Part shown: positions 1 through 12,052 of the stretch, one piece after another
How the letters are laid out: each line of letters opens with the position of its first letter
How positions within the stretch are numbered: the first letter of the stretch is position 1
DNA from: Podarcis erhardii
Taxonomy: Eukaryota
Assembly: GCA_964252035.1 (NCBI GenBank)
Contig: OZ176202.1
Strand: one strand, 5' to 3'
Length of the DNA stretch: 64,000 bases
Notes under the pieces: generated by a model
Told to the model about the DNA's origin: nothing
Seen by the model: the letters and a program-made list of their open reading frames with translations, nothing else
Databases searched by the model: none
Translations under genes and position numbers: made by a program

Positions 1-817
1 TTTTGTGAGTCTGCCACTAAACCTCCCCTTGCTTTTTATGCTAAGAGTGGTTCTCTGTTTCATTGTAAATTTACATTGGTTCTATGTTAACTGCCACTTA
101 CTTTAGAAGTATGGAGTCAACCTCAGAAATAGTTGCTCGTTCTTCCTCCTTAATCCCTCTTCCCTCAAGCCTTTACAGCACTGATACTAAAGAAGATTAA
201 GGTTAACCGGGGTTCTAGTTTAACCAAGGTCTGAAACTGCATTTGCAAATGGTTTCAGAGACTCACAAATCATATGCTCAGAGGCATGAGTACAGTCAAC
301 AAGACTAGTAGCCATTGATAGCATTTTGTCCATGCAATTCTCTTTTAAAGGTTTCAAGTTGTTGGCTATCACTGTATCTTGTCAAGGGGAGAACTCCATA
401 GTGCTACTATGTGTTGTGTGAAGACTTCTTTTTGTCTGTTCTGAATTTTCCAGTGTTAAGCTTCATTGTCCTAAGATTTAATACCATCTTCACACCAATA
501 TTTTATCCACCTTTTCAATATTCTCCCCCTTACTGCTTTTTCTGAACTATAAACCCCACAAATATTACTTATAGGGCAATTTATCTAGCCCTTTTCCAGC
601 TTTACAATAATGTTTTTTTCAGGTGAGGCAACCAGAGCCACACAGCATATTCCACATGTGGTTCCATAAAAGCATTATGTTATTGACAGTTTTATTTCCC
701 ATCCCTTTCCTAGAGTTTGCAGTTATAGATAGGTAGCCGTGTTGGTCTGCCATAGTCAAAACAAAATAAAAAAATTCCTTCCAGTAGCACCTTAAAGACC
801 AACTAAGTTAGTTCTAG

Positions 818-854
818 GTATGAGCTTTCGTGTGCATGCACACTTCTTCAGATA
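818..854 (-). ncRNA. Minimal type I hammerhead ribozyme motif (left arm, minus strand)
   Basis: Reverse complement reads UAU-CUGAAGA-A-GUGUG-CAUG-CACAC-GAAA-GC-UC-AUA. Core intact, stem I only 3 bp. Confidence 0.6.
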
Positions 855-858
855 ACAA

Positions 859-896
859 GTATCTGAAGAAGTGTGCATGCACACGAAAGCTCATAC
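859..896 (+). ncRNA. Minimal type I hammerhead ribozyme motif (right arm, sense to QKI)
   Basis: GUAU-CUGAAGA-A-GUGUG-CAUG-CACAC-GAAA-GC-UC|AUAC: CUGANGA and GAAA cores, 5-bp stem II, palindromic AGCU stem III (dimer type), 4-bp stem I. Predicted cleavage after C892. Confidence 0.7.
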
Positions 897-3800
897 CTAG
901 AACTAACTTAGTTGGTCTTTAAGGTGCTACTGGAAGGAATTTTTTTATTTTGTTTTGACTAGAGTTTGCAATTTTCACAACTGTTGCACACTGGGTGAAC
1001 ACTTTTATTAAGCTATCCACCATGATTGATTTTTTGGTTGTTCACAATTCACACCTCATTTGTGTATATGTGAAATGAGGATTTAATTGGGTTTTGCCTT
1101 AATATGCATCAGTGCACACGTAGCATCTGCCCATTCAGCTACCTTGCAGAAGAAATAATTTTGACGCTTATTGCAGTCTCTTTTTGTTTTAACCACCTTA
1201 AACAATTTAGTGTAATCAGCAAACATAACCACCTCACTGCTGACATATAACTCTAGATCATTAATGAATAGAACAGACACACAATATTGCATGGCTTTTG
1301 GAGGTCACTGAGCATCATCAGTTCTAGCTGGACTGCTGGTGGAGGGGTTACTCCCTCTTGGGTTTTTAACGTCGTCGTGTGGTTGTTGTTGTTTTTTGCA
1401 TACCTTAGGTTTTGCTCAAATATGCTGATACTTTCTTCTTATTTCTCAACAGCTCTGCTTTGTCTCCAGTCGTGTAGTTTACTATTAGAGGAATAATAAA
1501 CTATTCATTAATGCAGTTTAGGCAGATCAAACATCTGGTTTCTTGGACAGTTTTTACATGGACAGCAATTTGTTAATTTTGTAGGCTTTACATTTTTTCC
1601 TAAGGAAGATCTCATGACATCATGTGATTATATTGTCAAATTTTATTCTTTCCTTTTTGTGGTAGATGGGGCCCCCAGGAATGGGTTCACCTGGAATACC
1701 ATGGGTTCCGCTTTGCTGGTGAATGCCTCCCAAATGGTTTAGGTGTAGGTAATGTGCTGCTAATCCCACCACACTTCTAAGAGTTGTTTCAGAACAGAAA
1801 ATAATTTAAAGTGGCATGGTTGGAATAAACAGAACTATGGCTCTAGCCATAGTTTTGGTTACTATAACATAGCTAAATCTGTATCCACCAACAGTTGAGT
1901 TTAATTAACAATAATTCAGTCCAGTCATCCTAGGGAATAGTTGAAATATCCACTGTTGCAAGGAGAATATTTAAATCTTTAGCTCATAAAATGGTAGGGG
2001 TCTAGGGATACTTAACACGTTGAATTTAGATTTAGAAGATCCTGATTGCTTCTCTTAAAGTTAAGTATCAAGGCCAGCAAATCAGAGTTCCCAAATGCAT
2101 TCTAAAAGATGGAGATAAGGCCACTTCTTCTGTCAGGAATGTACTTGCCTTTCTGCCTATAGCAGAAGCAGGTTTGGTTCACCTCTGCTTGGTTTTACTT
2201 TTGCCAGTTCATGCAGTCAAAACTTTATAGTATAATGTCAGATGTAGTTGTGGCTCATAAATGCAGGTGAAATCAAAGAACTTGCTTCTCAGTTAATGAT
2301 GGGAACAGAGATTGCAGAACTGTAAATTATGTTTTACTTCTGCATTCCTTTTAATATTTGAATTGGCTGTTATAATAGATCCATCTTACATTTAGGAATT
2401 TTTTTTTACTATCAGGTGGTTCTACAATCTCTTATTTGGCTTCTGGTCAAATGAGATTCACAGAACCTGGTAACGTGCTCTGTAAGTTGCATCAGCTTAA
2501 TTTGCAGAAGTTCACTTGAACTATGTGAGTAGTGAGGGCCTGCAATAAAATAGTGTTTTTTGCCAACCAGGCTGAGTATCTGTAAGAAGTGGTATAATTA
2601 AAGGAAACTGCTTTAATATTTAAGGAGCATAAGAACATGGTTCCTTCTTATAACAAGCAAGCCGTAGTTCTCTTTCACGCCAGTGTGTTCTGTGACAGTT
2701 CTAATATGTTAATTTAAAGCAGAAGTAAAAAGCTTCTCTGATTTTCTTTCTTCTTTTCGAACTAAATTTACTTTTGTAATTTGCTAGACATTTTGACCAG
2801 ATTGCTGAATGAGGCTGAAAATAAGATTTACTAGTACAGTGGTCTTATTTTAACAGGACATCTCTAGTAGTGACCGAACCTAATTGCAAATTACAAAGTC
2901 ATAAATCTGCTACAGCAACTTTCTGAACTATGTTAAGAACATATTCATTTGTAATAGTGAATTTTCTACAATGCCAGGAATCAGACTAGATGAGGTTGAT
3001 CCGGCTCTGATTCCACGCAGTCTTAAAGTTGGCAGTGGTGTTTGCATTTTAAATGATGCTGCTCATCTGTTTTCTGATGTTGCTGCACTTGAGCAGAGGT
3101 GGCATAAAGAACTTGGAGGTAGTGTAGGATCATATTTGCAAATGTAAAGTATAATACATAGGAGTTTTGTGCATCTGCTTCACATGCTTTCTGTTTTCAG
3201 TGATGGTGAAGCTGCCATAACTCCTGACTTTTGCAGACACTACCACAAAAGTATTCTGTGTCCAGTTGTTCTGGCATTTTACCTCCTTCCATAGAACTAA
3301 ATAATGGCATAATGACCAAAGCTTTGAATATCTATATGGGAAATTCAGGTTTGATATTTGCTTACCTGTGTAGCTCATTAGTTAGTCCTGATCATCAAAT
3401 TACCTTGCAAAATTGTTCTTTATTAAAATAAAGCCACAGAATAACTAGCTTCCTATCTGATAATTATACAGGGGTCATAACTTGGATCCTGAGTAGCATA
3501 TGCAGGGAGACATATTTTCTCCTGAGTTCTTGATGACTCTGTTCTCTAGAGCCATTGCAGACCTGTAGGCCTCCGTCTTTCAAACTGCACAATCTAAAAG
3601 ACTTGCCCTGCTGCCTATCTACTAGTAGTGATTTGGTTGACACACCTGGTCATACTGTTTTCATCTTTCTTTTGCCTGTGATCCGGACCCTATGCCATCT
3701 GAATGAGAAATGGAGGTTGCTTCCCTGTAAACGGAGTTCTTCCCAAGTGCCATTGTCTAGTCAGGTATCCCTACCACTTCCCTCTTTTGGGAAATATTTT

Positions 3801-4221
3801 TTTATTTACTAAAAGATAGAGAAGCAGAGGGACTGAGCAGTAGCTCTGCTTTAAAGACTTTATCTCCATGTGTTGGATGGTACTTCCTGTGCATTGGTAG
3901 TTAAAAGGTTCCAGTGCTCCAACCTATTACTTGGCTAGACAGGGTCACTTAGGAAGAATTCTCCTAACAGGTAAGGGACTTCCCCTTTCTAACTCCAGTT
4001 TTTGTGTCATGTTCCAGGTCTTCCAAAGGTTGATAAGCCCCTCCCAGAAAAAGTAAGTTGGGTTGTGATTTTTCTGATTTATAGAGAGAAAATTAGTGGT
4101 CATTCTGCCTCTTCATAACTTTATAAAGGGTTGGCTGTGTACAGTTGTAGTTGCTTTATTTTCTAAGTCATCTTAACTTGTGTAGTTGCAACTTGGTAAA
4201 ACTGACTCATGATACTATATA

Positions 4222-4714
4222 CCGTATTTTTCGCACCATAGGACGCACCGGCCCATAGGATGCACCAAGTTTTTTGGGAGGGGAAATAAAGAAAAAAAAT
4301 TATTCCCCCCCCCAGGTGCTTGTGGGGCCGGCAGCGGGGAGAATCGCTCTTCTCCCCGCCGCCCGCCTGCAGACCAGGTCCGGGGACAGCGGGAAGACGC
4401 GCTGCGCCTCCCCGCTGTCCCCGGAGCTTGCGGGGCTGGCGACGGGGAGAAGCACGCGTCTCCCCGCCATCAGCCTCCAAACCACATCAGGAGACAGCGG
4501 GATGGTGGCGTTCCGCCTCCCCGCTGTCCCCCGACCTTGTGGGGCTGGCGCTGCGGCTCTCCTGAAGCCTGGAGAGCGAGAGGGGTCGGTGCGCACTGAC
4601 CCCTCTCGCTCTCCAGGCTTCAGCGAAAGCCTGCATTCGCCCCATAGGACGCACACACATTTCCCCTTCATTTTTGGAGGGGAAAAAGTGCGTCCTATAG
4701 GGCGAAAAATACGG
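4222..4714. mobile_element. Non-autonomous Tc1/mariner-superfamily (Tc2/pogo-like) MITE with GC-rich internal repeats
   Basis: TIRs CCGTATTTTTCGCACCATAGGACGCAC / GTGCGTCCTATAGGGCGAAAAATACGG. TA on both sides (4220-21, 4715-16). Confidence 0.85.
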
Positions 4715-6034
4715 TATTCCACTAAAATGGTAAAAAATTGATATTTTTGTGGATTTATTCTGAGTACTTACACATTGTAAATCGGAGAAGCTAATATTTG
4801 AAGATAATAGTGGTTAAGTTAATAAAATTTTAAAATGCCAAGGACTAGTAGATGGAATCCTAAATGGAATATATTTGTGAATATAAAAGGTTCTAATTAT
4901 GATAATGTCATCTTCAAACAATGCCAGGCTGTCTGGCTTGATTGATCTGTCTGTTATGCTGAACATTTGCGTGCCATTTCATGTTCAGGCATTTACTGAT
5001 ATAAATAGTAAGGACACTTTTCTCTAGGATAAGGCCCTCTTTCACAATGAGAAATACATTAATCATACTTCTATTTTAAAAACCCATGCATTTTAGGACT
5101 ATTATAAAGTATTTAGTTTGGAATAGAATGTTGTTATGTCAGACACATAGTTTGCACCAACAAATTTTGAGATTTAAAAAGAGAATGGGATGGCTAACAA
5201 ACCACACAATGGCTGATGTGGAAATGAACAAAAATTAGTTAGCTCTGGGCTAAACTGTAGCGTGATACCATTGCAGCATAGAACATTATTGAGGGTTTGC
5301 TCCCAAAATAGTTGTTAGGAAACCACTTCCACAATAAGTGGGTGGCAGCAATCTGTTGGCACTGACTGCATAGCATTGGGTTATTTTAACCAATGAACTC
5401 TGGAGTATTATGTAAAATATTTTGAGCTTCAGCTATATTTGTGGCAGATATTTGCACATTAAAACATAGAGCAATGGATGAAGGGTGGTAAAAAGTACTA
5501 GTTGAAGCAAAGGGCAGTGGAAAATAACTTACAGATTTATCCATTTAATGGAGATTGTGACAGTTTGTTACAGATCCGTATGACCACTGGTGGATACTGT
5601 AGATCAATCTGTCAATGTTAGCTTCCACCTCCTAAATTTCATTATAAACTTGTATGCAGGAGATGCTATTGGGAATCTTAAGTTACAATCAGGGGGAAGG
5701 AGCACTTGGCTGATATTTCGTTACCTATAAAACACATACTAAGCCCATCTTCTCCACACCCACCCTTTATCTAAGCATGCATTGTGCATTCTGATATGTG
5801 GGGGCTGGGTTAGATTGTCAAATTACTCAGTCAACATCACTCGGTTAAATTAAGAAACTTCATTTAGAATCAGGAAAGAACAATATTGCAAAATATAAGC
5901 AAAATTTTGAATAAGCTAAACTAGAGAACATCTAATGGGTATTCCAGACTTTCATAGTCATGGATAACTATTATTCAAAGATGAGTTTTCCTTATCAAAA
6001 CACTGAGTCCTGTGAGCTTGGGGAAATGTGGATA

Positions 6035-6262
6035 CAGTGGTACCTCGGGTTACATACGCTTCAGGTTACATACGCTTCAGGTTACAGACTCCGCTAACCC
6101 AGAAATATTACCTCGGGTTAAGAACTTTGCTTCAGGATGATAACAGAAATCGCACGGCAGCGGAAGGCCCCATTAGCTAAAGTGGTGCTTCAGGTTAAGA
6201 ACAGTTTCAGTTTAAGAACGGACCTCCAGAACGAATTAAGTATGTAACCAGAGGTACCACTG
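6035..6262. mobile_element. Tigger/pogo-like MITE
   Basis: TIRs CAGTGGTACCTCGGGTTACATA / TATGTAACCAGAGGTACCACTG with TA TSD. Confidence 0.85.
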
Positions 6263-6822
6263 TAAAGGGATCTGAACTCGCTAGTCTGGAGTAAGAAGAA
6301 GGCTAAGGCGCTTTTAGTCGGCATACGATGGATGAAAATCTTTCCACAGTCTGATGGGACAGAGTACTGGCACCTGCATTTGTATGCTTACAAATTTCAC
6401 ATGTGGGAGGTAGGCAGCATTTCAAAAGTAAAGTGTAATTTGATGTAGTGACCTGTTCAAATAATAAAGCAGTCCTGTGTTGGGTGAAGCAGCTGGACCT
6501 AATTACATGTGACATGAAAATATATCAAACTGAATCCCTGATACTCTGCCCCTTCTAGGAAACGCTGCTTAAGGTAGGGGTAGTTTGGAGGTTAGAATGA
6601 GAGGAAAGGAATGCTTAATGTTTTTCCTTCTTACCACTTGTCCTAAATCTTTCTGCTTACCATTTGGTTCACACATGACAGTGATTTGAGAGTGTTCTGG
6701 ACTTTTTTTTCTTGGAACACTGGGATCTGTTGTTGAAACACAACTGGCTTTTTCAAAAATGGTTTTCAGAAGAGTGCAGGAATGGCTGTTTGAGAAATAC
6801 AGTCCTTGTTGAATATGCAAAA

Positions 6823-6823
<1 letters not shown>

Positions 6824-6868
<45 letters not shown>

Positions 6869-6886
6869 GTTGTTGTTGTTGTTGTT
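6824..6886. repeat. Compound microsatellite (ATT)15(GTT)6
   Basis: Read directly. Confidence 0.95.
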
Positions 6887-7699
6887 GATATTATTATTAA
6901 ATTTGTTTTGTTTTATTATTAAACCAAAAGCCAAATACCCCATGCCCCCAAATATACATTAAAATTAAGGGGAGAAATACATGAAAAACACTCCACCCAC
7001 TTCTAAAAGGCCACAGATAGTTCAAAGGCCTGGTTATAGAGGAAATAGTTTGCCTAAAGATATATAGCTGCATGTTCTTTGAATACTCAGTTAATTGCTT
7101 TGATTTTTTTCAGAAATAAGCAGTCAGATAAGTGTGTGTACATGCGATGTACAGTAAAGATCTTGGAGAATTGAGCTCATTGAATATATCAGATAGGTAG
7201 AATAAACCTAGTAAAATGAGGGATGGTAGGGCTAAGATTTATTTATTTTATTTAGCAGGATTTGTATACCACTTAATCCTCTAAGCGGATTACCTTACAA
7301 ATACTCATAAAATTAGATGTTGAAAGCCAAGTCAGATTCACACATCTGGGTAAACAATTTTTTTATCAGGTGCCAAAAACAATACAATGGATGTTCCAGC
7401 GTAATATGAATAGGCAGGGAGTACAGGTGCTGCCACACTGAAAGATTCATTCCTTGCATGTGCAGAATGAATATTATGTGGCCCTTAGAGAAATAGCAGT
7501 TCAACAGATCGAGTGGGCAGCTCTGCAATGTTCGACAGAGATCACATTGGAGTTCAGCATTCAAATTTATGTCCGAGGGTTAATACCTTTAAAGCATAGA
7601 ATTGTCATGATGTATATATAAGCTACCAAATCTTGTCTTCCCCAAACAGCAATAAGATAAGATTACCAATCTTAATCATAGCAAAAGCGGATGTATAGA

Positions 7700-8020
7700 A
7701 GACTGGGGACGATCATCATAATCTTATCCCTAACCATTTGTAGAACTTAATTTGCTACCAGCCTAGTTTAATCATCTTAAAACTGAGGCATGCGTCTTTA
7801 ATCCTAATTCGAAAGCTTGCCCTAACTTTAGTATCCCATAATCTGTTGTAGATACCATAAATTCCTTTGATCCATAAAATGATGTATAGAAGAGGCCTGT
7901 TTTAAAAAACTTAAATGGAAAATACACCAAGATCTTTTCATAATTAAATTAACTATCGTGTTTTTTACATCGCTTGTCTTTCTATTCTCTGTATCTCTTA
8001 TAGCAACCATAATTGAAGAT
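7700..8020 (-). mobile_element. Possible L1/Tx1-type LINE 3' fragment
   Basis: Minus-strand translation (ORF 7828-8010) and composition resemble a decayed L1 ORF2 C-terminus. No decisive motif. Confidence 0.3.
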
Positions 8021-9989
8021 TAAGACAAAACTAATTTAAAACAGATTGAAGTGTTCTCTGTCCCTGATCCCCTTCTTACAATGTACTGTACAATTATCCT
8101 GAATAACTCCTTAGGTGTTGTGAAAACAAGGAAATGTTTGTTTGCTGGCTTATTTACATCTTTTAAAATCTGTTTCTTCAATTATTATTTTCTCTAAAGT
8201 AATGGTAGTTGAGCACATGTGCCACATGTCAGCAAGATTTAAGTAGAGCTATTGTCCAGTACATGTGTAGCATATCCTTTTAAAGTGTTGGCTTGGGTAT
8301 TGCCTTTGTTATAGTGAGCTATAGAGTTATGACCAAGTGTTCATCCTGTCCTTCTCATGTCCAGGAATACCGCAACTCCCTGCTGCCCCTGCCACTTGTA
8401 GTGTTACACCTCCTGTCCCCGTACTCATGTCTGACTTAGAGTGGTACATGCTTGACTTGACTAAATTCTTCAATTTTTCATTCATTTCCTCTGAGGCATT
8501 GCTGTTAAAGAAGATCACAATGTTGCTTTGTAACTAATGTTCTAAACTGCATGACAGCATAACCTAAGATTTACCTTTCATGTTTTGATTCTGAAATACA
8601 GAGTCTACCAGTAAGATTTTCTAGCACATGGCTGCTTCTAACAAATACTTGTGTTAATTTGTAAGCATTCGGGGTAACTGACTTGAAAAAGCAGTTTTTA
8701 ATATGGAGTATGTATGTGGTAACTCTTAATTGATGCAGTTAGCAATAAGCTGTAGTTAATCAAATGATGCTAGGTGTGCTGTGTTTATATTTTTGCAGTA
8801 TGACATAGTAAAGCAAGAAACATCAAGTTCTGCTGAGCTGCTGAATAAACTTCGGTGTATGTTTAAATCGATTAGAGAACTCTGTTGGCATATAACAAGA
8901 AGTCATGGAAATATTTCAAACATGCATGGAAATATTTCAAATGTTTCACTGCGTAAGCATTGACCTGCTATGACAATAAATTTGTGCTGGTGTGTTGGTG
9001 GTAGAATCCTGTCATAAAGCCTAAACTGAGAACCTGAATAATTAACTTATGGCTGACAGTCTGCTTGGGAGACTTTTTATTTGTACTATCTTAAATGTTT
9101 TAAATATAAGAGTTTTGAAAAGTATAGTTAGAGTAGCATGGGTAATTTAGTCAATTGCAAATGTGTTGTTGCAATATGGAGTGTAAGAATTATGTGTGGT
9201 GTTCAACCAAGTTTCCTCAAAGTAGACCCATTAAAGTTAAAGAACATTGTTAAGTTAGGTCCATTCATTTTAATGGCTCTACTCTGAGTAAAATTTAGTT
9301 GGTTACCACACAGTGTGTGGATTAATGCTTGGAAAATACTGCCTGGCCACATGTCCCATAAATTAATGAAAATGTTCATCCATATAAATCGCTGTGCCTA
9401 CTTGAACTTGAAATTCAAATGCACTTTTCCTTCTGTACCAAGCCAGGCATGAGGATAGTATATGAATGCATCTTTGCCACTGATTTTTTGGAAAGTAGCA
9501 GCAAGTAGAATTCATCCAGTTTGGGACTAAAGGTGGAAGTCCCCTCCCCCTTCTTCTGCAGTGGCTATTTGCTGTAGTAGTAAAAGTATGGGTGGCAGCA
9601 ATTGTACCTGGATCTTTCCCTCCCCTGCTGCTTTGGAGATGATTCACCCACCTCTCTTATACACAGTTTGAACCTCAGTGGCTTCTGAACTTCAGTTGGG
9701 TTCTTGAAGAGAAATTTCAGAATGAAATAATTAGCTTTATATAATTACAAAACAACAGATCTGTACACGTAAACCTTTAATCAATGAAAAGAATACATGC
9801 AAATTTCTTAATTGATTTGAATGTGACAAACTTGACTTTCAAGAATAAAATGCCTATTCCTAATCACACTACTAAAATTAGAAGGATACTCATTGTTTAT
9901 ATGTGGATCTATTTTTTTATGCTATTACTATAGATTGCATTTCCAGCCTCCACATTTTTGTTTTCTTTTTCAAATGATAATTGATATAG

Positions 9990-10410
9990 AATTTTGTGTT
10001 TTAAAAATATTTTTATTGATTTTAATAAAACAAAATAAAGCCGCTTCAAGTAAACATATAATCTGTTACAGATACAGATTATAAAATACCTAATACAACA
10101 AATGATTAAATTATTTTAGAAGAGTTGCAAATATTGGCCAGCATTCTACATTCTACAGTTTCTCTCTCCACCCAAAATATGAGCTATTTTCTTCTGTAAG
10201 TAGAATTAGACAATGTCCTCTTAAGAAGTGCAATAGACAGGTTTTATTAACTGTTGTAATTTTCACTGCCGATCCCTTATCCAGTTTTCAAATATTAATA
10301 AAACTTAACATTATAACGATAGTGATGACAAATGTGACTTTCTCTTATGAATCCATAATCTTTTCTGCAGCCAATTTACTTTTATTGTCTTGTGACACAA
10401 CTCAATTCTT
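9990..10410 (-). mobile_element. Possible L1/Tx1-type LINE 3' fragment
   Basis: T-rich tail followed by decayed coding-like sequence on the minus strand. No decisive motif. Confidence 0.3.
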
Positions 10411-11924
10411 GGTTGCTGAACTTATTTATTTATTCAACAGGATGTATAGACCACTTAATCATCCTTAACATCTAAGATTTGCATAGAATATAAAATGCTC
10501 ATTTAGAGATACAAGTAACTTGTTTTTAACATTTGACCTTAAGCTACATTTTATCAAAATATAAGTAAAAGCAGCAGTTACTAAAATACTGTGTAGGCTA
10601 GTGTAAACAAAGACCTTGCTACATATGGTGAAGGGATCTTCCTATTAATAGCAGATAGGGAGTTCCAGACAGTAGGTTGATTCCTTGCAAGTGGAGAATG
10701 AACATTACATGACGTTGTAAAACTTCCAGTTGGGCATATATGGGGAAAGCTGATCTTTCCAACTAGACTGGTCCAAAGCACATTGTACTCGGAGTATTTT
10801 ATTTAGAAAACATGGTTTTAATCTTTTAGTTGAAGGTATATATTGACTTAGTAATAATATAACCTTTCTAGTAGGAAGCTATGCTGTGAGAGTGCATCTC
10901 CCCACCCCCACCCCAATGTGCAGAAAGGTGTTGCTACTCTTTCCAACCATGCAGGGCCATTTTAATCTGAATAGAAAATCTGTCTCAGGGCTGAAGTACA
11001 GTAATTAGCTGTCTCTTCAGAGTGTCAGAGCAAAATTACCATTGTAATGGTTTAGCTGGAGGATAAAAGGATTGAATTTGGGTCCCTTTGCCTGCCAAAC
11101 TAAGTTGCCATGGGAATTTTCAAACGTAAGAGGCGTTTACTTAGAGCAATTTGAAGGGTTTGAATAAACTCATAAATTATGGTTTTTAGAGCAGCAGCAA
11201 TCTCTGCTTTCTCTGGCATAGGCTGAGCAGCAACATGAAGGCTGTTAGAAACTGCTTATGCTTAATGAGAACGAGTTGATCCATGCTCCCGTGCAGACTA
11301 TCAGCTTATTAAAGCTAAACTGTTTCTGCTAAATACTGCACAGTAAGCACATTTCAAGAGAGACAGTTTGTAACAAATCCCTAGAGTAAAAAACAAAATC
11401 TGATTGCTGTAGATGTAAATTGAATTTCCCTTGCTGGATTAGATCTCTTTTCAAGTAATACTATTAAAAATGGTTTTTATTTTGTTTCAGTAAACATTAA
11501 CTTGATTTTAACTTTCCTCCCTGCATGTAATATTTATTACAATACTTGTCAAATCTGACTATGGAGGGGATAAAGGGACACTGAAGACTTCATTTGAAAG
11601 CAAATAAGATATCTGGGCACTTTGAACTGGTTCTTTTGGGTCACGTGTAAACATTTGCAGAGACCATGCTCATTCTCACTAAAGAAGTTGGGCTTTGACC
11701 TATTGACTTGCTAGTCAACTTTGACACTGTGAGCAGGTAGATTCTCTTTCTGTAAATAACTTAAGTAATGAACATTGCTCATGCTTGTTTAACCTTCAGT
11801 TGTTCTTGATGAATCAGCTGTAGATGTAACAGTAACTTGTGTTCTGTTCTGGGCTTTAAGAGCATGGTTTTAATTGAAGCCTTTGTCTTTTATTTTTGTT
11901 GATATCAAATTGGATGTGACAGAG

Positions 11925-12052
11925 NNNNNNNNNNNNNNNNNNNNNNNNNNNNNNNNNNNNNNNNNNNNNNNNNNNNNNNNNNNNNNNNNNNNNNNNNNNN
12001 NNNNNNNNNNNNNNNNNNNNNNNNNNNNNNNNNNNNNNNNNNNNNNNNNNNN
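11925..12052. other. Assembly gap (128 N), probably an (AG)n tract
   Basis: Flanked by AGAG and AGAGAGAA. Confidence 0.7.

Larger units (their letters stand above)
722..959. mobile_element. Penelope-like element (PLE) terminal-repeat remnant arranged as a perfect palindrome, with 12-bp TSD
   Basis: Arms 753-854 and 860-961 are exact reverse complements (102 bp, spacer ACAAG). CTAGAGTTTGCA is duplicated at 710-721 and 959-970. The unit gtagccgtgttggtctg...gtagcaccttaaagac...gctttcgtg...cacttcttcagat matches the sauropsid PLE terminal repeat as I recall it. Confidence 0.75.
500..1400 (-). mobile_element. Decayed CR1-type LINE ORF2 (reverse transcriptase) fragment, interrupted by a Penelope-like insertion
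   Basis: Minus-strand ORF 1083-1292 reads LFINDLELYVSSEVVMFADYTKLFKVVK, the CR1 RT 'FINDL...FADDTKL' segment. Flanking sequence resembles CR1 ORF2. Boundaries approximate. Confidence 0.75.

Noticed and set aside
753-961. Pre-miRNA hairpin
   Set aside because: A perfect 102-bp stem with TSD and retroelement identity fits a TE-derived inverted repeat, not an imperfect ~30-bp miRNA stem.
3620-4130. Possible DIRS/LTR remnant
   Set aside because: Only a vague resemblance (ttctcctaacaggtaag); no termini, TSD or protein motif to support it.
4163-4741. Four overlapping ORFs of 81-155 aa
   Set aside because: All fall inside a GC-rich MITE, where stop codons are scarce; no recognisable protein.
6569-6943. 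124-aa ORF with poly-Asn
   Set aside because: Translation of the (ATT)/(GTT) microsatellite.
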